The notes under the pieces were generated by a model. The model had not been told where the DNA came from. It made no database searches and was given only the letters and a program-made list of their open reading frames with translations. A program made the position numbers and the translations under genes. A stretch of 64,000 nt of DNA from Tubiluchus corallicola (lineage: Eukaryota > Animalia > Priapulida): assembly GCA_030141605.1 (NCBI GenBank), contig JAQGDQ010000519.1:92611-156610 (forward strand), written 5' to 3'. Below, piece after piece: positions 50,223-63,548 of this stretch (position 1 is its first letter; each line of letters starts with the position of its first letter).

Positions 50223-51176
50223 ATTTTATAGTATTATTGTAAGACTAGTGTATTGATAAAGGAGATACACATGAACCATTAAATCTATTTTTCATCATTT
50301 AGTAACCATTGTAAAATGTCATCGTTATTATGTTTGAACAGCTAATTCACCAGCTGTGGTGATCTATCTTTTCCTAAGCATATTTCACGAGGCCCTAATA
50401 TGTACTCAGGTGAACGCATGTACACATATTTAACGGGAGTATTTTGACATCAAACCTTAAATATATAATGATGATATGCCTAGTGATGGGTAATATAATT
50501 TATATGTCTGTTAATATCCCAGAAATCTAACTTACTTGTTTGTTAAAACTCTTAAAGTGAAAGAAATATATGACATGTATTGTCTTCATTTCATGTATCA
50601 GTATCATAATTCACTACTTCCACCAGCTTTTCAGTCATACTTTAGTATTTGATACTATATATTTAGTATACTATCAAGGCTGTAGTTAACATTTTTTTCA
50701 TTAGCACTGTCAAACCTTTGGCAAGAGATTCTACTAATCATTTTTTAATTGTTCTTTGCCCGGCAGAAGAATTTTTCCGTAAGCAGCTCTCGTTATTTCC
50801 CTGCTAATTTCAAGACAAGAAAATTAATGATTTTCGGAATGCGGCAAAAATTGTCTTCGGCGAACCCGGATGTAATTTAATATCTCCACTTCCGTTGCTG
50901 CTGAGAGGGTGAATAGAGTGACATAGCATGGAACGCGACTCTGGCTAAATTTTAAGCCGTCCCTTTTCGAAAAACTAGTATAATGAGGAGGTGATGAAGC
51001 TTGAAGTAGTTTGGACCAATCATGACAGATAAGCAGTGGAGGCGTGACAGTATTACAATGCTGCAGTGTAGAGGTTGCATAATTGCAGCGTTGAGATTTT
51101 TTTGTAAAATTCAAGGGTGATGGTTTAAACTTAATTATCACGTTTCTGCATTAATTACAACATAACGTGTTTTACG

Positions 51177-51790
<614 letters not shown>

Positions 51791-52820
51791 CCAATAGTAA
51801 AATTTCGCAGTTTTTATTACACTAATTTGCAAGATTTTCATCTGCAAATTTCATTTTATTTTAACATTTATTTTTTCATTTTTATTCATTCATAAACAGA
51901 AGGACGAATTCATAAGATAGATTCATTGGCCATTCTCTGATGCTATCTTTCTCGTGACTAACTAACTAATCCCCGATTTAGCAGTGAATTCGTAAGAACA
52001 TTCTAAGCGAAGTTCGAAAGGACATATTGTCATACTTAAGTGGTATTTATTAAGCGATCTAACGAAACTTCACGAAAAAATTTTACGAAAGTTAAGTTCA
52101 GAAGTTGACTTAAATTACACTTAACTCTGCGATTCTCCGTAAAAACAATCTTGACAGAAAAGTGTTAGTAAGATCGTTGATAAATCCGTTTCATAATCTT
52201 TGGATTATAACTATAAAAAAGTGCAGATAATAACTTTTTTTCGGTTTAAAGATGCACCGTAACTTGTAAAATACGCCGCCATTTGCCAACATTTGGTGCT
52301 AGACGTCTTGTATGTGACGCGAGAGGAAAGTGTTTTTGCTCTGATCTCATCACAAAATTCGCTGCTAAAAGTGGAAACATTTGGAGCAATTTTGTTAAAT
52401 TTCGTTGCACCATTTTAATCCATTTCTTTAAATAACGATGCCAATTTTAATGTAATATTAATTTTTCAGAAATAATAAATTATTGTGACACGTCAAGAAA
52501 CTGATTATAAATACGTCAAGCGTATATACCCGTCCCGTTAAACTAGTAAATGTATGCAGAGAGAACAATTCAAGTAACACAGAAGGTATAACTTAATCTT
52601 CCTGACTTAAGCTGTGCTCAAGAATCACTGTCATTATCAGAACACGCTCACAAGTGAAGGCTTAATGTACTCGAATCAAAAACCAACGTGGGAAAGACAT
52701 GAACGTTATGTTTACATCAGAGTTGAACCACGTTTGAAAAAACTCTCCCGAAATAAAAATTTCAAAAAACGAGCCTGCAGTGAGAAAGCGGTTTGCTGTT
52801 AGAGGCTTCATTCTATACTG

Positions 52821-53324
52821 TATAGGTTTTACACGTCAAATGTAGACACAGGAAAGTTCAAATGTGACTTAGGTAAGCCAAATGTAGACATAGGAATTTC
52901 GAATGTGTTTTGGTAACTCAAATGTGACTTAGGTAAGTCAAATGTAGATGCAGTACTTTGAATAAATCGATAATTAAGTTATTTTAAGTGCAAATTAGAA
53001 AAAGATAAACCAAAGATAGTGCATCTATTAGTAGGCCTATAACATTGTTATTTTAACTTAGGAGCAATTATTAAATTGAAATTAAAGAAGATTAAATTTA
53101 ACATCCTTGAACATTAACACCTATCCACATTTGAGATACCAATGTCACATTTGACTTGACATGTATCTACATTTGAATTACCAAAAACGCTTAAGATTTC
53201 TTGAAAACCATTGCTAACACATTTGAACTGCCAAAGTCTACATTAGAGTTACCAAGACACATTTGAATTACCTGAATCTACATTTGAGTTAACGCAGGTT
53301 TACATTTGACATGTAAAACCTATA
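52821..53324 (+). mobile_element. MITE with TIRs and caaatgtaga subterminal repeats, copy 1
   Basis: tataggttttacacgtcaaatgtagac ... tacatttgacatgtaaaacctata; inverted copy at 60780-61490. Confidence 0.8.
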
Positions 53325-53939
53325 GTATACGTCTATATAAAGACGGTCTGTTAAAATACATTTTTCCTCAGAAATATGAACGTTTTTTCTGTCTTGCAGT
53401 CGATTTTAAGTCGAGAGTGTAAAATAAGTTGTGGAACTTTGTAAATAGGCCTGTAGTTAAGTAAAAAAAGGTAAAACTGTAAAAATTTTGCAGATGCAAT
53501 GAACCCTTACGTATCTTGGCGTTCAGAACAGGATAAGTGTGGAAATGTACATGTAAACGTATGAATCAACAACTTATACAATGTTATCAGCTATCAGTCA
53601 TTACAAATCAGTTTTTCGTGTTTTGATTATCCTGCTTATATACAAAATTTGTTTCTTCAACGAATTTATAAATAAAAAACGAAGCTTTATCAATAGAAAT
53701 GGCGGCGTGAGAAGCCAGTCAGGCTGACAAAGTGGCTTCGCAAATGCGGAAAAATTAGAGATGATATTTCAAAGTTCTCCTCGGTGATGTTAAGATGGCG
53801 TCGGTTATGTAGCACTCAAGCAGATTGAGTTTATAAAGAAACCCCCTCATCATTTATTGATCAATGATAGAGCGCACAAGCATTCTACTGCAGGAAAGAG
53901 TCAAACTGCACGAGACTGTTACCCAGGGAAAGAAAACAA

Positions 53940-54482
53940 ATCATATAGACTTGCCATATTTGATGCTGACATTTGCTGTTGTTGTCGTCAATGGCGTTGT
54001 CGCTGCAGCTGCTGTTTTTTTGGTATATTTTAATCAATTTCAATTTTTTTCAATCCAGACGTGTTTTTTAATAATTTAATCACTATGACATTGCATTAGT
54101 AGAGGGGGGGGGCACACATATAGACTTGCCATATTTCATGCTGACATTTGCTGTTGTTGTCGTCGATGGCGTTGTCGTTGCTGCTGCTGCTGTTACTGGT
54201 GCTGCTGTTGTTGTTTTTTTGTATGTTTTAATCAATTTCATTTTTGCCAATCCAGACGTATTTTTTAATAATTTAATCACTATGACATTGCATTAGTAGA
54301 TAGGGCACACATATAGACGTGCCATATTTGATGCTGACATTAGCTGTTGTCGTCGTCGTTGGCGTTGTCGCTGCTGCTGCTTTTGTTTTTTTTGTATGTT
54401 TTAATCAATTTCAATTTTTTTTGCAATCCAGACGTGTTTTTTAATAATTTAATCACCATGACATTGCTTTAGTAGATAGGGC
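53940..54482. repeat. Tandem repeat of about 175-195 bp, 3 copies, with internal GCT/GTT microsatellite
   Basis: catatagac(t/g)tgccatatt at about 53942, 54117 and 54310. Confidence 0.9.
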
Positions 54483-55519
54483 CACCAAGCTATGCCTCAC
54501 TTTTTTAGCAATACGGCTTTAACTAGTCCATAGTTGATATTTTTTAAATTTTCGACTTTTCTAACTTTCTGTGTTCAACTCTATCTTTCTAGCTGCTGCT
54601 TCAAGCACGTGTAGAACAATTTACATGCAGGCAGACAAATAAGACAGGTTAGCAGATAAGCAAGCAGACAGGGCTCTAGACATGCTGACAGACATATCAT
54701 TATAGCATTTCATGTTTACTTGCCATAATACTAAGTCTGATTATTGCATTATTAAGCTCCTTATGCGTTTTTGTTTTCTGTGCATTATAAATCATTTACT
54801 TGATTTTAGAACCTTAGTGTGTTAAATAAAACAGGTTGTGTTTATGTAATAAAACAGACAAAGAATGGATCGGCCACTATTCGTATGTTAAACTTCCTTT
54901 ACTGTTTTTACGGAGTGGCTATTGATATTCATTAAAATGTTATGCAGAACGTATAAGTTACCTATCCTATTAGTTCTGCAATATCGTTTCCTCTTTTCTT
55001 CGAATAAAATGGTACAAAAGCCAGGCTATCAGACAGGAAATACATGTCTATAGTTGTGTTTATTTGACAAACATTTGTAATGCTGTCATCCATTTTCTCT
55101 GCAGTGTTGTAAGCTTTACATTAAGTGTAAGTGTTCTAGTATACATTAAGTGTAAGTGTTTCTATAATTATTGCAACATTTTCTTCTAAATGCTTGCAAG
55201 TCATGCTATAACAGGTTAGAAATTTGAATTTTTTAGTCTCATTTTAAAGATTGTTAAAACCACTGAACGCTACATAAATGTAAAATTAATAATGTAATTT
55301 TTTATTGCTTATAAAGTTGACATTAATTTATTTGCGTAAAAAACGAAAATAAAAACGTTCGACTTGTTTTCACGGTTTTGCTTTTTAAAAGTTTAAACAA
55401 AGATATCATTACTTTAGCATTCAGTTAGTTTGCTTTAGTTCACAATAATATAATGAAGCCAGATTAATTTTGTTACTTCTTATATTTTTGTTGACTGAAA
55501 ATTAGCCAATTTGAAAAAA

Positions 55520-56090
55520 TGCCAGTCTGAACTAGGATTTGAACTAGAGACCTTCAGCTTATATGTCCAACTCCCGGGCCACTAAACTACCAGCCCCTTG
55601 TGATAGTAGCTCACCAACTCTAAATACAAATATTTTGAAGTGGGTGAATTTAGTTTAGTTAGTGGTAATATAACAAAATAATAAGATTAATGGTGCTAAT
55701 TATATTATTTTACATATTTAAAAACACTAGAATAATCTTTTGGTAATGAATTAAGCGTTGGTATTCATATTCATTATTCAATAAATTATTCAATAAATTA
55801 ATATTCAATTTAAGACAAAATAAAGCTGCAGTTGTTAAATTTTTGGAAACACGAAAGTTTGAAAAAGTTGGCTTGAGCCTGGATTTAAACTCTAAAATAA
55901 AATCCTAGTAATTATTATCAATGGGTCGTTCTACGTTATTAAATTAGGGAATTAATTAAGGACTTAATTAGGACTTAATTAATTAAACTGTATTAAAACG
56001 GCATTTAAAGTTCATGGTCTAGTTGTCTTGGTATTGGACTTATATTCAAAAGCTCCCTGGTTCAAATCCAGGTCCGTACAGACTTTTTGG
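55520..56090. repeat. Cluster of degenerate tRNA-like (A/B-box) cassettes
   Basis: Minus 55520-55592 (tagtttagtgg ... agttcaaatcc), partial minus near 55870-55892, and plus 56012-56090 (ggttcaaatcc + T-run). A related cassette lies at about 27350-27408. Confidence 0.5.
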
Positions 56091-56329
56091 CGTTTTTCTT
56101 TCAGATTAAAGTATGAATTGATTTTTATTTGATTTTTTATACTGTCATTAATCTATGTAATAAAATAGCGTCCGTTTTATTTGAGATTCAAAGCAAAAAG
56201 GAGCAACTGGCAGACCTAATTTATCTTTTTAAATGTTCAATAATGTAGTAATGTGACTGTTTTCACGTCTAACTTAACGTTAGTGACACGTTTTTGAAGC
56301 TTTTTTTATTACACACGTTCCCCGGATAT

Positions 56330-56650
56330 CTCTCTGAAAGCCTTTGAGAGTTTAGTCCCCCTCTGTGATCTGTGGACGCCCAAGTATGTGTCCACCCTTG
56401 CGCGACTGACATGGCGACTGTGTAAAAATGGGTTCTGAGCCAATAAACTGAGCTAGGCACTCTAGGGAAATGCCGGCTTCAGTAACTCACTCTGCATTTC
56501 TGCCAATCAAATATTCCCACTGTGTTTCATCTCCTGCTAGCGCTACTGTACCAGCCCAGGCAAGACCACACACTCAGCGTGGGGGAGGAAGGGTTAGCGA
56601 CCAAGAGAGAAATTAAATAAGCTGGGAAATAGAGCGAATGACAACTTCGA
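56330..56650 (+). promoter_or_regulatory. Candidate hunchback promoter
   Basis: Locally GC-richer segment with CCAAT at 56441 and 56503 and a TA-rich element near 56612, about 1.6 kb upstream of the ATG. Confidence 0.3.
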
Positions 56651-57905
56651 GAGTGGTTTAGCAATATCGCCAAAGTTAACGAAAGAGTTTAGAGTTAAGA
56701 ATATTTAATAGAAGAAGACCTTGTTTTATATCGAACATAATTGTTTAAGTATTTTTGATGCCTTCTCCAGTGCAATGCTTAGTTGTATTTTTTAACTTAT
56801 ATATATATATATAATAATCTTTATTTGCCGTTAAAATACATTGATAGTCACTGATAAAAACTTTACAGAGATGATCAATCAGTATTAGTTATTAAAAACT
56901 TACGCTACTAAAGGCAAATGTGTCAGTGCAATCTAAACTACTGTGCAGTAATGGAAAGTAACGACGAATAAAATCAAACATATTTACAACTATGCACAAA
57001 AAGAAATTATGATTTAATTAATATGGCCGTGGATATATGAATTCTGAATTAGTGTGTATGTTGTCGTGCTGGTGCGATGGTATTTCATATCCGGTTAATA
57101 TTAGTGATTTTAATTTTGTTTAAAATGCTGATATAGGGACTTGAGTATCATTTTTTACACAGAAGGTACCAGTATGAATAATGGAAAATTTCTTTCAAAT
57201 CCGCTCAAAGTTTTCGCTATCCTATTCGCATGTTAATTTCACTCTCTTCACTAATCATTAAATTGATAGGCCTGATGTTTTCAATATTTAGACAGTTTTA
57301 CCAACGCTGTGTTAATATTATGTTAATGTTATGTTAAACGATTGCACCCTTGGTTAATCGCTTGGTGAATTTTCCAGCAAACATTTTTGTTAAGCCTCTT
57401 GAGTGTCTTTTTAAACTGCCTTTTATTCACATTTTCAATTTTTTCCCTAAAACAATTTGAGAAACTTTTTGCACTACTAGAGTAGAAGTATATAGAGTAG
57501 AATAGCAGTATTTTAGTAAACCGAGAAGCCAGATTTCGTCTTGCCTGGTACTAAATTCGAAATAGAAGAAACGGATATTGGGTCGCTGCCTGGGAATTAT
57601 GAAAAGAAAATTCCACAAGATCTTGTCACTGTTTTTGATAGTGGGGGCAGCAGGTGTGTTTAATGAGAATAGAAATCCTCTGTTTCCAACAAACAATTAT
57701 AAATAATTCAACATGGATGTCGTTTTGGAGGTGTTTTGTATTAATGCACCTTTGCACAGGTGTCGCTTACATGAATATTCCTTGTTAAGAAAAACTGATC
57801 GTTAGAATCTGCAGTTTCTATGTTCTCTTGATCAATTTGTAAGTGCAGCGTGGTTGCTTGTCTGTAAACCGAATTGTCTGTTCAGTTTATAAGAATCATT
57901 TACTT

Positions 57906-57942
<37 letters not shown>

Positions 57943-58241
57943 ACTGCAAGAACTGAGAAGCAGAAAGAACAGAAATTCTTCCTGTAATAAACTGTAATAG
58001 CGTTTCGGATAATTTGGAAAGATAAAGATTTTGGAGTAAACGATTAGAAAAAGCTGCACGACACAGATCAGGTATAGCTCTACCAATAAGTGTGTATTTG
58101 TCGCGGATGCTTAATCTCGAAGTGCACATTTATTTCGCTTGAACGCTGCTGAATGTGAGTTATTAATTGGCAATAGTTATATACCTGTCTTTGATTATTT
58201 ATTGCAGGTAAGCAGGACAGTTTAGAAGTAAGTGAAACAGT

Positions 58242-60692
58242 ATGCTGATGAACCAAACAGAGACAGACATGGCAAGCGATGGACAGAGCCATCGGTGTTC
58301 TGAAGAGGGCAGTCCCAGTGCGCATGCATCTGGTGACAGTAGCACCAATGAGCAGCAAGATCCAGAACAACCAGAAGACAATCAGTCCAGCGAATATGGT
58401 TCAGGAGAAGAAAGAGACGATGTTGACTCTGCACCGAGATTTCCGGAAGAGCCGGCTGATTATTATGCTGGTAGATTGGGGTTGTTTCCACAGCGACCAT
58501 TGTTTTCCATTGACCAACTTCTTCCTAACAATAGAGATTTTCTACAACAAGCAGCCAGGTTCTATCCACCAAGGTTGTTCCCTGATCAACCAAATGCCAT
58601 AAATCACTTTTTGGAAAACAAGATGCCAAGTCAACCACCACCAGAACCTGAACCAGAGCAAAAACGAGAGCAAGTTGAACAGGAAATGGAGCAAAGTCAG
58701 TCAATGTCAGATACTTCACCCGACAATGCAATGTCTGAGAAGACAATCTCTTCCAATGCGGAATTCAAAAATGCAATCGATGATGTGCGCAGCCTTGACA
58801 TGGACAACTTGGGACAAAATAAAGATTTACCAAATGAGGATGCGGCTGCTGATGCTGAATCAGAGCAAATAGACGACCAAGAGAAGACGAGTGCCACAAA
58901 ACAGCAAAAGCCCAGGACATATCGATGTAAGCAGTGCACTTTAGTGACACAGGATAAAAATGAATATTGGGAACATTCACGTACTCATATGAGAGCAGAT
59001 AAAATACTTTCTTGTCCAAAGTGCAATTTTGTAACCGAATATAAGCATCACTTGGAATACCATTTGCGCAATCACTTTGGTTCTAAGCCTTTCAAATGCA
59101 CTCAGTGTAATTACGCATGTGTTAATAAATCTATGTTGAACAGTCACATGAAATCTCATTCAAATTTCTATCAGTATCGGTGTCGCGACTGTAACTATGC
59201 AACCAAATACTGCCACAGCCTGAAATTGCATCTTCGCAAGTATTGCCATAAGCCAGCGACAATGCTCAGTGGCACGGAACTGATGCTGTACCAACAAGAC
59301 CCAGAAATGCTCCTTGGCAAACGAGGTCCACGAGAAGTCAAGAAAAAATTATTTGGCCCTTCAAACCTCGTTGCCATGATGAGTGAATCGAATGTTCCTC
59401 CACCAATACCACCCCCTTTTGGTTTTCCATATCCACCTGCAGCACCAGGTGGTAACAATGTTCCTTACACTCCACCTGGTGGTGGGATTCTGGGTGGGTT
59501 CTTAAAAGGTTTGGAATCAGCCTCAGACGAAAAAAATGCACAAGCAGCTCAGGTAATGAAGTGCAATTTATGTGAATTCACTACAACACACCGGGACATC
59601 CTTGGTAACCACATGCTGCAGCATGCAGCTGTGGAAAATCAGGACCTGTTTAAGTTATATGGACTTCTTTCCGAAGGTTCTAATGACGACCAGAAAGCAG
59701 ATAAAACTGACAAAGAAAAGTCTTCTGGACCGCAGAATATTAGCAACATTGTGCCTCCAACACCAAAGACCATTTCTCCTCGAGGTTTGCCAGTCAAACA
59801 AGAAAGCCTTGAATCAAAACTGGAATTCAAAGATTATGGTAGTGATCCATTGTCACGAATAAGACAGATGGCTGAGAATCCCAAAGCATTAGATTTAAGC
59901 GTTTCTCGTGCAGAAGAAATTGCCTTTCTTCATCAGCGTGAGAGGGCACTACATGAGCAAGCTCAATTACAAAGAGAACGACTTCTCAAGGAAAGGGATA
60001 GACTTATGCATGAAAGAGTAATGACAATACAAGAATATCCAGGCATGCAACTTGACAGCCTTAGACAGCAAGAAGAGAACAATCAGAGGTTAGGCGGACA
60101 GTACAAGTCTTCTGATTCAGAAGCACAGGAAAGACCACAGATGATGCCTTGTGCCACGACATCAGAAGACACGTTGTTGAAGTCGCAGCTAGTAAGAGGG
60201 TCCGATATAACAAAAAAATCCGTAGCAGAAGTTAAACCCTCTACATCATCATCCCATCGGCGTAAAGGCAGAGCCTTCAAACTCGATAGCATTTGTATGA
60301 AACTCCAAGGAAGTCAACACTACCGTGACAATGCCATGCATAGGTCACGCAGCACAGGTATGTTAGGTAGCAACAATGATCACGACGTTGACTCTGATGA
60401 GCAACCCGAACCAGGAGAATGGGTTCGAATTAATGGCCAAAAACAAAATGGCATAGAATCATCAAAGACACCGCCAGCCATTGCACCTGTTAATGGCGTG
60501 GATGCCAAAAGCAAAGGCTCAAATGCATACGAGTGCACATTCTGCGAAATGACGTTTAGAAATTGTGTGATGTATTCAGTACACATGGGATATCACGGCT
60601 ATCGAGATGCATTCAAATGTAATATGTGTGGTTATCAAGCAGAGGATAAAGTGTCATTCTTTTTGCACATAGCAAGAGCTGCTCATCCTTAA
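58242..60692 (+). CDS. hb: Hunchback zinc-finger transcription factor, 816 aa, single coding exon
   Basis: Four middle fingers ([29 protein letters not shown]...[37 protein letters not shown]), a GKRGP C-box-like motif, an extra single finger CNLCEF...H, ALDLS motif, basic box RRKGRAFKL, and two C-terminal fingers (...[19 protein letters not shown]....[12 protein letters not shown]). Confidence 0.97.
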   Translation: MLMNQTETDMASDGQSHRCSEEGSPSAHASGDSSTNEQQDPEQPEDNQSSEYGSGEERDDVDSAPRFPEEPADYYAGRLGLFPQRPLFSIDQLLPNNRDFLQQAARFYPPRLFPDQPNAINHFLENKMPSQPPPEPEPEQKREQVEQEMEQSQSMSDTSPDNAMSEKTISSNAEFKNAIDDVRSLDMDNLGQNKDLPNEDAAADAESEQIDDQEKTSATKQQKPRTYRCKQCTLVTQDKNEYWEHSRTHMRADKILSCPKCNFVTEYKHHLEYHLRNHFGSKPFKCTQCNYACVNKSMLNSHMKSHSNFYQYRCRDCNYATKYCHSLKLHLRKYCHKPATMLSGTELMLYQQDPEMLLGKRGPREVKKKLFGPSNLVAMMSESNVPPPIPPPFGFPYPPAAPGGNNVPYTPPGGGILGGFLKGLESASDEKNAQAAQVMKCNLCEFTTTHRDILGNHMLQHAAVENQDLFKLYGLLSEGSNDDQKADKTDKEKSSGPQNISNIVPPTPKTISPRGLPVKQESLESKLEFKDYGSDPLSRIRQMAENPKALDLSVSRAEEIAFLHQRERALHEQAQLQRERLLKERDRLMHERVMTIQEYPGMQLDSLRQQEENNQRLGGQYKSSDSEAQERPQMMPCATTSEDTLLKSQLVRGSDITKKSVAEVKPSTSSSHRRKGRAFKLDSICMKLQGSQHYRDNAMHRSRSTGMLGSNNDHDVDSDEQPEPGEWVRINGQKQNGIESSKTPPAIAPVNGVDAKSKGSNAYECTFCEMTFRNCVMYSVHMGYHGYRDAFKCNMCGYQAEDKVSFFLHIARAAHP

Positions 60693-60779
60693 GAGCTCAG
60701 CCTTTCAGAGTGTTATGCACAGCCTTTCAGAGTTAATGTTTATAATTGCAATGTATATAATTATTATAATCGTTATATG

Positions 60780-61490
60780 TACAGGTTTTACATGTCAAAT
60801 GTAGACCTACGTTAAGTCATATGTAGATTTAGGTATTTCAAATGTGTCTTGGTAACTCAAATGTAGACTTAGGTAGTTCAAATGTGTTAACAATGGTTTT
60901 CAGCAAATCTTAAGCGCTTTTAGTAAGTCAAATGTAGACACATGTCATGTCAAATGTGACATTGGTATCTCAAATGTGGATAGGTAGTAAAGCTTAAGGA
61001 TGTTAAATTTAATCTTCTTTAATCTCAATTTAATAATTGCTGTGAAAATAATAACTTTATAGGTCTACTAATAGTTCACTAATGTTCTGCAAACTTTACA
61101 TACCATTGGAACTGTTAGAGAAAACAATACGTTCTTAAAATAAACAATGTTTCTTGAGAGAAACTAATTCATTAATGCAGTGCTAATGCATGCATTACCT
61201 AAAAACAAATTAGTGATTCACTGTTCATTGGGAAGTGGGAACCGATTTATTCTTTTCTGCCGACGTTGTAGTTTATCAAAGAATTAGTTTGAGGATAAAC
61301 AACACATTTTTCAAAGTTATGAAAGAGGTGATGACTATCTTTGGTTTATCTTTTTGTAATTTGCACTTAGATCAGTTAATTACCGATTTATTCAAAGTAA
61401 TGCATCTACACTTGACTTACCTAAGTCACAGTTGAGTTACCAAAACACATTCGAAATTCCTGTGTCTACATTTGACGTGTAAAACCTATA
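60780..61490 (-). mobile_element. Same MITE family, copy 2, 88 bp after the hunchback stop codon
   Basis: Same TIRs, reverse orientation, about 200 bp longer internally. Confidence 0.8.
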
Positions 61491-63548
61491 GTAAGTCGTC
61501 GTGTACGATTTTGTAATTTTGTTGTGAAAGAAATATTAAAAAATATTGCTCCTCTAAATACTGTGGACCTTAAAGAACTTCCGTTAAAAAACTAATCTTG
61601 AACTATTTGCAGCATGTTTTTAATGAGATAACTTTATTTCTCGGGGGAAAATTCCCTGTTCTCTCCAGGAAGCAATGGGCTTTGTGATAAAAGTGATAAT
61701 TAAAGAAGCTAAGCCACGGAGAAACTTAGAAAAGAGCTGTTTGCGTTTCTAGTTTGGAAGTTAAGCTCTTGAGAGTTAAGAACATAATGCTTCCTGTATA
61801 GGTGACGTCTTTGCCATTTTTAATTTGCTTTCACTAACCGTAAAGTCCGTCAATAATTAACGAACCTGGCTTTATCACAGTAAAAAGCTGTTCTTTTCAG
61901 CAGTCTTAAGGCATGTTATGGGCGTTGTGAAATCGGCTTGTGATGCAGAAATCTTGGTTTTCAAGTAAAAACCTCAAATACGTAAGTGTCGCATATGAAC
62001 ATACGTTGCAACATGCTGCCATGTGTTCAGACACCAGTGAAATTTTTGGACACGTGTTGCAAGCTGTATTTACATGTGCTGTTTCTTGTCTAAATATTTG
62101 ACTTCATGTTGCAGTCTGCCTTTGTGCGCAAATTCGTTGATGTTTTTCTTAATATTAGGCTGATTGCACAGGAATATGTGGTCAAAGTTGCCATTGTATA
62201 TGCTTTTTATTGGTAAACAACAACCATTTTTATTAACTCCTTTCCAAGTCTTGTATATAACAGCTGCGCCTGTAGCTTAATTATTGTGAATTAGTATCAT
62301 GTATTTATGTTGTTTGTGAAATTGTAAAGTTTCAAAGTCTTCTATAATCAAAACGAAAATCGATTAACACGTGGTTAATTATTGTAATGTTTCATTGTTA
62401 ACTATTTTTATGTTATAAGAAGTTTTAAAAAGTTTGTTTTTTAGTGTTATTACAAGCAGTATTAATAACCTAATAGAAATAAGCAGTTCTCCATTTAGCT
62501 GAGAAAAAATTTGAACAAAAAAGAGTAGTTTGGACTTCCCTGTGTGGCAGTATTGGTCAGTATAAAATGCATCAAAGTAATATTTAACATTGCTGGTATA
62601 ACATAGCGCGCCGCATATGTGTTTTTTGACATTTTTAAAGTCACTTTCAATGTTTTTGAACTAATACATTGAACTGCATATAGCTTGACGTGATTTGTTT
62701 ATCGATAATTTTCGTTTGGAGAACAGAAATGGTAAAAGTATTTAGTCTGCTAATTTATTTTTATCGTAAATGCGTTGATGTATGATATGTGGCCTTATAG
62801 GTGGTAGTATGTGAGAGTTATATTGCAACCAGTTGCTATCAAAAAGAATTTTAATTGTATATGAAATCTGTCGCTCACAAACAAAATTGAAATGCAAATG
62901 AACTCCGTTATCGATTTTCTGGATTATATGACGCGTTTAACAATCTTAATAACATTATAACGATTTTTGGGTTTAAAATTATTCAAGGCATATATAGTGG
63001 AAAATCAAAATACGATGTGTAAATAATATATTTGTGTATGTGATTAGAAAGCGGGCACACAATCACGGTTGAGACCTTAAGCGCAGTTCTTCTTGTCTAT
63101 TTCTCAGCAGCGCACATGTTAAACTGTAATTTGATAAATGTAATCAAACTTTGTTCTTAATTCTAACAGAAAATGTCGTTGTTTTTGTACTAATATCGCT
63201 CATAATACATGTATTAATAACATTATTATATCAGCTTTGCAGTAAGTTCGGATATTACGGGTACTATATAACAATTGTAGGATAGATTCTTTGTTTTGAG
63301 GATGGATCCTCTTCGTATGCTGTAACTTATTTCTTCCATTATTATCACAAGGTTTCCTAAGCATGTTGTATCTCATAAAGGCATGTCACTCTGTATATTT
63401 ATTCTTCATGTAAATACATTTAGCAATATGTTATCAGTTATATTGTTGGAAGTAAAGCCTCTTCTTATATATATGATTACGTTATCATAGTTTTTGCTTT
63501 TTTGTTATAAGTTGCATAAAAATGCTGGTTATGTAAAAAAAGCAAATG

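Noticed and set aside
55520-56090. Functional tRNA genes
   Set aside because: A/B boxes are present, but acceptor and anticodon stems do not pair properly.
57896-60586. Antisense and alternate-frame ORFs over hunchback (and over RAD17 at 22833-24068)
   Set aside because: Shadow ORFs of real coding sequence with no independent signals.
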